NCBI GenBank assembly: GCA_002104945.1
Contig: MCFH01000008.1
Coordinates: forward strand, 186,001-250,000
Source of the DNA: Piromyces finnis finn
Taxonomy: Eukaryota; Fungi; Neocallimastigomycota
DNA: 64,000 nt
Direction: 5' to 3'
This document shows, piece after piece, positions 53,264 through 64,000 of this stretch. The first letter of the stretch is position 1. Every line of letters begins with the position of its first letter. Below the pieces are notes generated by a model, which had not been told where the DNA came from, did no database searches, and was given only the letters and a program-made list of their open reading frames with translations. The translations under genes were made by a program, and so were the position numbers.

Positions 53264-54599
53264 TGAATAGTTATTTGGATGGTACTATTTTTATACTATT
53301 TTTTATATAATAATAATATGTTTAAATATTTAATATTATATAAAAAAAAATGAAAAAATAAAAAGAATAAAATAACTATAAAAAGAAAAAAAAGGCAATT
53401 GAAGTATTTTCTATTCTTATAAAATTTATATCAGGTACAATTTTTTTTTTATAATTCTTTATGGATGTGGCAAGAAGTTTTTTATTTTTTTTTCTTTTTT
53501 TTTTTTTTTTCAATTATTAAATATTATAAATATATTTAATAGTTAAAACTCTATGATATTATATAAATAATATTTATATTTGATAATATCCTGAATAAAT
53601 TTAATGACGACTCTAACTTTTTTTATAAAGTTCTTTTCTAATATTGGTTACTTTTTTTTTATTTATTATTATTATTACTTTATATTTTTGTATATAGAAT
53701 TGAAATTAGGTTAAAAAAAATAGTATATAGAATATTTCAAATTAAAACTTATTTCTTTATATTTTCATTTTATATAAGATATCTGTGACACTATATCAAG
53801 CTTAGTAATCTTTATTTATAACAAGTTTTACTATTATTTATTTATTTAAAAAGAAAAGACAAATTTAAACTAAAATGTTTTTTCTTTTTTATATATCCTT
53901 TGTACTTTTAATATATGCTTTCAATTTATTATTATATATTATTTAAATAAAATCTTTAAATCATATTTTTATTAAAATGTTTAAATTTTAATTCTTATTA
54001 ATATTATATGTATAAAAAGGTTGTGTAATGTTTTTTTTTCCTTAAAAATAATACCTAAAATCAAAATGAAAAAAAAAGAAAAAGAAAAAGAAAAAAACAA
54101 GAAAGCTAATAGTATTAAAATATACTTATAGCCATCTAATTCTTATTAATCATAGAAAAAATGTAATCAAACCTTTGTTTATTATTATTTTAAAGTTGAT
54201 AGTATAATCTTTTATAATATAAAAACTTTAAATGTAACATTTAAAAATTTTCAACTTTAATACTTTTTTTAATATTTTTTTATTAATTATTTTTGTTATG
54301 AGATTACATTAAAAAAAAAAAAAAAAATATTTATACCTATATTTTTTTTAAATATATGACATATAAACAATTTTTAATGTAAAATAAATATATTCATATA
54401 TCTTTTTTTTTTTTTTTTAATACTTAATAAATTAAAATGAAAAAGAAATTCTATATCTATAAAAATGCTTTGGGTAATATATATCCTTAAATACTAATAA
54501 TGAATTACTTAAGGTTTAAACAAAATAAATTGATTAATTTGACAAAAATAAATAAACTGATATTAAATAATAATAGTTCTGATAAGTTTGTTATAAAAA

Positions 54600-55917
54600 T
54601 TACATTCCTAATAACTTTAATGCAAGTTCTTCTTGATCCTTTAAACTAATATCATCAACATTAAGTTTTTGCTTCTTGGATGATTCTTTTGGTTCTTCAT
54701 CATCATTATCAACATTATCATTGCTCTTTCTTTTCTTACTTGATGATTCTTCATATTCCATTTCATCTTGATCTTCACCACTATATTCTTCACTATTGAA
54801 TCCATCATCTTCACCTTCATCATCTTCACCGCTATATTCATCTTCATCACTAGCACCGCCAAGAACGACAGTTGGTTCATCCATCTATTTTTAATTAAAA
54901 AAAGTATTTTATTAATATTTATATACTAAAATTTTAAATACGCTTTTTTATATTATTTATAATTCAATCTTACAAATTCGTCTTGACCAGTTCTCTTTAA
55001 CTTCTTTATTAAACGTTTAGCCTTTAATTTTTCTTTTTGAGTTTGCTTATCAATAACATCTTCCTTTTGTAATTCTTCAGTATTCTTTTCTAAGTAAATC
55101 TTTTGTTGTTCACCAATATCATTCTTTTCTTCATATTCAGCTAAGGATTCTAAAGTGTATAATGGAACAGCCTATTTTAAATTTTATATTCATAATAGTA
55201 ATAATTGCTTAGTAACATAAAATTATATAGTATATATTTTCAATGTTTTATAACTTGTTTCTTTAAATATGTTAAAACTTACATTTCCTTCATCATCGAA
55301 CTTGAATTTAGTACCAGTACCTCTACTCTTTAATTCTTTTTCCTTCAATTTCATTAATTTTTTCTTAGTAATTTCTTCTGGAGGTAATGTAACCTTTGTC
55401 TAAAAAAAATAAAAGTGTAATAATTAATAATATTTAGTTTCTTATTCACTTGTTGTAAATAAAATATTCATTTAAAAACTAAAATATTTATTTACATTAG
55501 CTTCATTTTCTGCATCACTATCAAGATCATGATCATATCTTTTAATAGTAAGGAAGTCATCATCATCACTTTCTTCAGCCTTTCCATCTTCTTCGATAAG
55601 TTTATTATAATGTTCCAATACATTACTTTTTTTGTTAAATAATTTATCAATTTTGGTTTTTGGTTTAATCTATAAACATTTAAATGCGATTCGTTCGTTA
55701 ATCAAATATTAAATGTAGTTTTTGTGTTTATTTATTTATTATATATTTAATTGTTAAAAAAGTATTATACATATCTAAATATAACTGAATATTTACCTTC
55801 TTTTCTTTTTCTTCTTCTTGTTCTTCAGTATCAGAATCTTTAATAGCATTCATCAATTCTTTGGAAATTTGTCCATTTGCTTGTCTAGATTTGTTTTTCT
55901 CTCCAGATTTCTACATA

Positions 55918-55968
<51 letters not shown>

Positions 55969-58495
55969 TTAATTATTTATTTATTTAGAATTTATTTAGC
56001 ATAATTAATATTCTTTTTTATCCTACCTTTATAAACTTAATCTTAGGAGCACCAGGTAAACCTAGTGATTCAGAGAATTTTTCAGCTGGTAATTGTTGAA
56101 CATCAAAAACTTCTTTGTTTGATTGTAAATAGATAGATCTCATGTATGATATAAAGGCCTTGATTTTATATTATTTTATTATTAAAAAAAATAATTATTA
56201 TATATTAGGCATTTACATTATTTCATACATCAATATAAATATATTTTGAATAGAGGCTATTATTATTGATAAAATGACGATACAATACCTTTTGACCTAA
56301 ATACTTGATTTCTGGGTATTTTGAACAGATACCAACTAATTGTTGTTGAATAGAAGTATTCTTTTTTGGATTAATTTTAATTTCTTCAATTGGTACTTTT
56401 TTCTCTGTAAGTAAGGAAGCAAATTTTACTTCAGATGGAAGTAAGAAAAGAAGTGCTTGACCTGTTGAATTGTAACGAGCTGTTCTACCTACACGATGAA
56501 TATATGTATCACAATCTTCTGGACAATCAACTTGAACAACCCAATCGACCGAAGGGAAATCTAAACCACTGTTAAAGAAAATTTTTGAAAAAAAAAAAAA
56601 TTTTTTTTATTATTAATATAAATATAAAAATGAATATTTTAAAAATTCTTTTTTTCTGTCTATTGCAATATAAAAACTATTTAAATAAAATGCTTACCGT
56701 GCAGCAATATCAGTTGCAAATAAACATACAGCGGTTTTTCTACAAAATTGATCAAAAATTGCAATTCTTTTGTTTTGCTTTTGTTTTCCGTGTAAACAAT
56801 ATAATGGAACACCAGGGTGCAATTTACAGAAGGCTTCATATACATATCTAACCTTTTTAAAGTTGATCCATAAATATATATTAAATGTGAACAAATTAAC
56901 TACTTTTTTTTTTTTAATACTATTAATATTATTAATGATATACATTACTTGTTTACAACTTGATAAGAATACCAATATTTTGGATTTCAAGTGAGTTTTA
57001 ATAAATGAATATAAAATGTTAAGTTTTTCATTCAATTCACAAATTAAGTATTTTTGTACTAATGATTTTGGTGTACTGTATTTTTCTTTTTCATGTACAG
57101 CAACATATTCTGGATTCTTTTTATTTTTATTATTGGTATTATTATTTATTAAAAGTATTAATATATAATCAAGTTAATATTTAATTAAATTTTATTACAT
57201 CCATAATATAAAATCAATAAAATATTAAATTATTTAAATTAATCATCATTTAAAAATAACTTACCTCTAAACTTAATCTAGCTAAATCTTTAACAGATTT
57301 AGTTTGTGTTGCTGAGAATAATAATGTTTGACGATCTTTTGGCATGAAATTAACAATAGCATTTAAAGTTTTTTGGAAACCAAAATCTAAAATTCTATCT
57401 GCTTCATCTAATACTAACATTTGAATATTATCACAATTAAAATCAGCTGTTTGATCCATGTGTTGTAATAAACGACCTGGGGTACAAATTAAAATGTTCA
57501 TTTTACTAACTCTTTGTTGTTCAACCTTTAAATCCTTTCCACCAATTAATAAACCGGCAGAAAAACTATGAAATTTACCGACTTTTCTTAAAACTTCGAA
57601 AATTTGAAGGGCCTTTTTATTAATAAAAGATAAATTTTAGTATATTGCATGAAACATTTTACCATAATAAATAAATTGACCATAATGCATAAAAAAAATA
57701 ATTTTAATAATAAAATCTTTAAGATTTTTACCAATTCTCTTGTTGGTGAAATTACAATAGCCCCGACACCATCAACTTGTGACCATTTGATTCTATATAA
57801 ATTTTCTAAAATCTTTTTTTTTTTTATAAAAAAATATATAATTATATTTTAATTTATTACTATTTGATATACTTCAATTTCTAATATACATTTATATATA
57901 TATATAAAACAACTATTTATATACCGGTAATATAAAAGCAAGAGTTTTTCCTGAACCAGTTTTTGCTGCACCTAAAATATCTTTTCCTGCGAGTGCATAT
58001 GGTATTGATTTTCTTTGAATATCTGTCATTTCAACATAGTGAGCTTGTGCTAAACCTTTAAGAGTGAAAGAAGATAATGGTAATTGTTTAAATTGAGTAA
58101 TTGTTTCATCTTTGAGGAATACTTCCTGTTAATTATTTTAAATTTGTTAAAATATATATATTAATTATTATATATAATTTGAATTGATTAAATTTAGTTG
58201 TCAAAGTATTTTTTACACTTTGAAATTTGTTATTTTTAATTAATAATATCGTAAATTATTTCATATTATACAAATGTTATTTATTTTGCTAAAATTTCAA
58301 AAAAGTTTTAGCAATCCGACATTTTATATAAAGAAATTTCAAAAGATATATATATATATATTAATAAATGATTTGAAATTTGAAATTTACTGGATCCTTA
58401 ATTTTTTCTTCAATTTCTATTAATTCCTTTTTTTCATTTATTTTTCTTTGTTTTCTTGGAAGTTTATGACTTTCTTTTACTTTAAAATTTCCCAT
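54600..58495 (-). CDS. DBP4: DEAD-box RNA helicase Dbp4/DDX10, multi-exon
   Basis: ATG 58495 ([11 protein letters not shown]...). Motifs [140 protein letters not shown] and C-terminal EELALKLL. Confidence 0.93.
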
Positions 58496-61485
58496 TTTAT
58501 TAAATTTCCTTTTTTTTTTAAAAAAAAAAAAATTATGAAAGCTAAATGAAAAAAAAATAGTAATAATAATAAATTTAAATAAAATTACAAATTTTTTAAA
58601 AAAAAAAAAAAAAATACATAAAAGATCAATATTACATTACATTTTTATATTAATTTTAACTATAAAATTTATAAAAAATATTTAATGTATACATTTTGTT
58701 AAATTATTTTTATCCAATAATCTTGCCTAAATTTTAAAATTTTTCATCAATTTTAACCAATATGAATTAAGAAAAATATTATAAATAGGATTATAAAACT
58801 TTAAAAATTATAAAAAATTGATAATTAAAAAAAAAAAAATTTAAATTGAAATTTTTAAACAAACTCTCTAAGATTACTATCAATGAAAGAATCATGGAAA
58901 GCGAAAGAGAAAAGAACAATGAATTAGAAAATCAATTAAATGAAAGATCTATTATAATATGAACCTGCAATATTCAAAGGACTTGCAAACTTTTAAAAAT
59001 TAAACTAATCCATAGGTACAAATAAATTAGAAAAATAAGATTATATTAGAAATTTATATTTATAAATATTTATATATATTAATATATTGTACTAAGATTT
59101 AAATAATCAGTATTAATAATAAAAAAAAAAAAATTAGAATTATAACATTATGAATATGCCTTTGAATCTTTATTAATTTCTCTTTTAATCTGACAGATAT
59201 TGTTTATTTCTATTCCAAGTGATCGATTTATTTAAATTTTATATATAAATTATCTTTTAATCTATTATTTTCTTCAATTGTATCATTTCAACAGTAATTA
59301 TCATATTCATTTTTCTGTTTTTTTTTTTTTTTTTTTTTTTTCATTTAATATTTGAAAACAATACTAATCCTTCAATTTTACTTTTGAATTTTAACTTTAA
59401 ATATATTCTAAACCAAGAATATAATACCTTTAATTCTTTAGATATAAATACTTTTTAAATACTTTATTCTTGACAATTTATATTTTTTCATTAATTTTTA
59501 TATAAAATATATACATTTAATTTTATGTCTGTATAATTTATATAAAAAAATGGTATTAAAAAAAAATCTTTTTTTTTTTTTTTCTATTTTTATTTCCCAA
59601 TAATTATATAAATTAATTCTTTACTTTATATTTAATAGATTAGATATAATTCGATAATCGTTTTATAATTAATATCTTTCTTTAAGGCATATCTCTTTGT
59701 AATTTTAATTTTAATATAATAAAAATCATAAGCATATTGATTAATAACGATTAATAGTTAAAACTAATAGAAATAACTTTGAATTTTATGTGTTTTTATG
59801 CTTTATTAATTAAAATTGTATTGTTTATAAAATAAAATTAATAACTGTTATAACAGTTACTATATATATTTAATATATTTGACTGTTAATAATTGACTTT
59901 TTTAAACCAAAAAATGTAGGTTAAATTTGATTTTTTTTTTCTTCTAATAAACTGTAAAAAAATAATTTTAATTTTTTTTTAAAATATTTTCAAGGAACAA
60001 AAATCTTATATTAGCTTTAATCATAATGAAATTCCAAATAGCATTATAATATAAGCCAAACTACGGAATACGTCGCTAATTCCAATAATGTCCAACTTAA
60101 AAGAAAGAATACTCTAAATTCATAATTTTAAAAATTCTTGAAGATGTTGACATTTTGGGTTACACAACCATAAAGATAAAGACACAAGCAATAGTAAATG
60201 AATGAATAAATTATTTATAAATAATTTTATTATAATAAATGAATGAATGAATAAATGTAAATTAATTGGTTTACCAACACTTTAATTTGGAAAAAAAAAG
60301 GACAGAATGTATACATTTAATGTAAATTACATTGTAATAACTTTTAATGTATTTTAATATTTTTAATTTAAATTAAAATGATGGTTTATGGATATGGATA
60401 ATACAACATTTATCATTTTAAAGACATTGAGATTATATTACAATAAAAAGGAAAAAAGATCTTTTTAACAAGTAAAAAAATCTATACAAACACCTTTCAT
60501 TTAATTATTTTTGTTATTTTATTTTTTTTTCATTAAATAATTAATGTACTCATATATCAATGCATACTTTAAAATATTTTACTTTTTAAGCGCTTTGTCC
60601 TAATTTTTATCAATTTTATTTTTATTATTATTTTAGTATATTATTTTTAATTAATTAATAAATTGGTTTAATTTAATTTCAATATTATTAATATATTAAA
60701 ACATATATTATTTTTTATTTTATTTTGTAAGTTTTTTCTTTTTACTGTTAAAAAGATTATTGTAGTGATTTAAAGCTATTCTCATTTCTAAAGAAAAGGC
60801 AATATATAATGAAAATAGAAATTAATAATCTTTACTAAATCCATGGAATCTAAGATTTGAAAAGAAGTATTGAACAAGAGAGACCAATACACAAATGCAT
60901 ATAAAGAAGAGAGTAAAGTTGATAACGATACTATTACACACGTTAATTCACAAGAAAAGAAAGGATAAATTAATATATATTTTTATAAAGTAATTAAATA
61001 GTATTATATTATAATATATTCATTCTATTTATTTTTCTATATAATGTAATATATTTAACAATGATTTAAATATTAAATTGACAAATTTTAAAGATTTTTT
61101 TTTTTTTTTTTTTACTCTTTTTATTTTTATAATATTATCAATTGTTAAAAAAAAAAAATATATATTATTTATTAATATATATAATTTTCTTTTTATTTTT
61201 TCTTTTCTTCTTCTTCTTCTTCTTCTTTTTTAAAAAGTCTTTTTCTTAGTATTTATTATATACTATTTAACATCACTTTAGAAAGAGAGTGATTTTTTAT
61301 TTCTTTCTTTTTATTTTTAATAATTATTTTATTGATATATTTTAAAATATTATTATAAGAAAGAAACAAAAGTTGAAAAAGAAAAAAAAGAAAGAAAATA
61401 CTTTAATTGATAATTCTTTTCATTCTTCTTTATAGAAATTAAAAAAAAAAAAATTAAAAAAAAATTATATATATATTGTTTTATT

Positions 61486-61516
<31 letters not shown>

Positions 61517-62150
61517 GAAATAAGAAGCATTTATTTAAAAAAGAATAACATTTTAAATAAATTTCATTGTAAAATCAAAACCTCAAAGTTAAATTGTTTT
61601 CAGTAAAAACAGAGCTTAAAAATACAGGAAATTTTCAGTATTTTTTTTTTTTTTTTTTTTTATTTTTGGATATAATTAAAAAAAAAACCATTCTTTTATA
61701 TAAAAAGTATAAATATCATTTGAAAAATTCTGTATAGTGAATTTAAAAATCAAAAGCCTTATTGATAATATTAATATCATTTATCGAAATATATGTAAGT
61801 TGGCATAAAATTACTCTTTATTTTTTCTTTATTATTATAATTATTATTATTATTATTATTATTATTAGTAGTAGTAGTAGTAGTAGTAGTAGTAATAGTA
61901 GTAGTAATATTTATAATTTTATTATCATCATCTTTTATATATTATTTAAATGAAAAAAAAAAATAATTATTACTATTTTTAAACAATAATTACTAATTTA
62001 TATTCTTCAATCCTATAATTTAATATTATAATATAATTTATAATATTAATTAATTAAAACAAAAATATTTGTAATATAAATACATGACGAAAATAATTAT
62101 TTGTGATTATAAATTAATAACATAATAGTAATATCAATCTTCATTTCAAC

Positions 62151-64000
62151 ATGGATGAACCAATCAACAATATTAACAACGAAAATGTCAATATAGACAA
62201 TGCTAATCTCACTTTATTGAGATCAGAAAATGAGAATAATTCAGAAGCAGAAATGATTCCTTCAATGAACATGGATGAAAATAATGCTCCAATTTTTTCT
62301 GGTAATGATGACATGGTTGGAAAAGATGAACAAAACTTATCTTCCCCGATAATGTATTACAATTATAATGGATTTATTCCATATCCCTATTTCCCAATGC
62401 AAGCAGGAGCTGAAGGTTCTTATTTCCAACCAGTTCCAGCTCAAGTTCCTCATTCAGCTAATCCAGCTCAAAATCCAAACACTAATACGGTGTTCTCTTC
62501 TTCACAATCATCACCAGTTGCTTCTTCAATGATTCCAATGAATAGAATTCCAAGCAACAGTTCAAATTCAACACCAACAAATGAGTCTCTTCCTCCAACT
62601 TCTGTTCCAAATGGTATTCCTCCACCAACATCCAATCTTTCAGCATCTGGTATTCCTCCACCAATGGCTGCTATTCCAGCCATGCCACACATTCCATTTT
62701 TCCCACTACCACAACTTTCACCATCACCAATGCCAATAATTCCATCTAATTTTAGTGTAGCTCAAGCATATCCTTCACCAAATCATGGTTTTGCTCCATT
62801 AGTTTCTCCTATTAATCCTGGACCAGGACCAATGAATAGTCATCGTTTCCATTATGGAAAAGGTCAACGTCATATGGCATTTAATAATGGTAATGGAAAT
62901 AATCCTCATTTTAATAAAAACAATCAACCAACCAATAATTTATATATTAAGGGTTTAAAGTCTGAAATAAATGATGAATCACTTCAAGATCTTTGTAAAG
63001 AGTAAGTATTTATTAATAAAATTTTTTATTGATAATAATTAATGATGATTTATATATATAATTTTTATTATATAAAGATGGGGTACTATTGTTTCTTCCA
63101 AGGCTATAATTGATAATAAAACTAATGAATGTAAGGGTTATGGTTTTGTTATGTATGAAACAGAAGACCAAGCTAAACAAGCTATGACTGAATTAAATAA
63201 CTTAGGTTATCAAGTATCATTTGCTAAGGAATCTTTCAGTACTCGTTTAAAGAATCTTCAAGATAATGTCACTACAAACATTTATATGTCTAATTTACCT
63301 TTAAATATGAATGAAGAAGTAATTATTAATAATAATTAATAGAAAACTGCATAATAATTAAATATATATTGATTTAAATTTTCTTTTATAATTTATATAT
63401 CATTTATTTATTTTCAATCAAACATTTTTTCACTATTTTATAATTATTACTAATATAATATATATATATACAATTTCTATTATTACTTTTATTCAAATAA
63501 TAAAGCAATTTTTAGAATTATTCCAACCATACAAGGTTATATCATCTATTATTTTATATGATCAAACTGGCGCAAGTAGAGGTGTAGGTTTAGCAAAGTT
63601 AGAAAATAGAGATGATGCTCAAGTTATTATTGATAAATATGCAAACACTATATTACCAGGAGGTAAAAATCCGTTACAAGTTCGTTTTGCTGACAGTGAA
63701 GCCCAAAAAAAATTAAAGGGACAAACTATTCACAAGAAAAACTATCGTAACAATCAGGATTATCATAATGTAAATTCATTTAATTGATTTCTTTTTATAT
63801 AAAAAGAATTTTAATGATGATCATCATTATCTTCATAATCATTATTTAATATATCATTAAATATTTATATATATTTTTAAAAAAAAATTTTATTTTAAAT
63901 ATTAAATTATGTTTAATTTTTAATATAAATCTAGCTACATCAAAGAGGTAATATTCCTTACTATAATCAAAATAGAGGAATGAATGCCTTTAATCCAAGA
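62151..64000 (+). CDS. RBMS/MSSP (Shep)-like RNA-binding protein with two RRMs; continues past the right edge
   Basis: Pro-rich N-terminus. RRM1 NLYIKGL..KAIIDNKTNECKGYGFVMYE. Linker SFAKESFSTRL..TNIYMSNLPL. RRM2 GASRGVGLAKLE..LQVRFADSEAQKK, collinear with RBMS1 (TNLYISNLPL, GTSRGVGFARME, CKFADGGQKK). Confidence 0.8.

Noticed and set aside
58860-60960. Short purine-rich, coding-looking patches (about 58890, 59160, 60050, 60850)
   Set aside because: They contain frequent stops, no consistent splice model and no recognisable domain. They could be decayed sequence, but I cannot support a call.

Overview
Eukaryotic, extremely AT-rich, intron-rich genomic DNA. The composition, the fungal-type trifunctional HIS4 and the gene set suggest an anaerobic gut fungus (Neocallimastigomycota); this is an inference. 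I reconstruct 14 protein-coding genes by hand-splicing GT-AG introns. In order: AFG2/SPATA5 AAA ATPase (runs off the left edge), LAMTOR2, ARPC2, two head-to-head Stf2/HABP4-like small paralogs, biotin-protein ligase, PEX3, a CaMK1-type kinase, a ~2350-aa coiled-coil/LRR protein, HIS4, a PTEN-type formin, eIF2B-alpha, an NPR/HAL kinase, DBP4 and an RBMS-like RRM protein (runs off the right edge). No tRNA, rRNA, CRISPR array or transposase was recognised. The standout is HIS4, whose whole histidinol dehydrogenase (HisD) domain is duplicated in frame through a unique 16-aa linker, giving HisI-HisE-HisD-HisD (~1362 aa). HisD is an obligate domain-swapped dimer, so this could be a natural single-chain dimer. 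The copies differ only at synonymous sites and intronic microsatellites, and skipping one in-frame exon would restore a normal His4. Other highlights: a PTEN(CX5R)-C2-UBA-FH1-FH2-WH2-like formin, and a giant protein with 33-aa hendecad repeats, ~15 LRRs and an MLCK-like calmodulin-binding tail. Splice coordinates are manual predictions.
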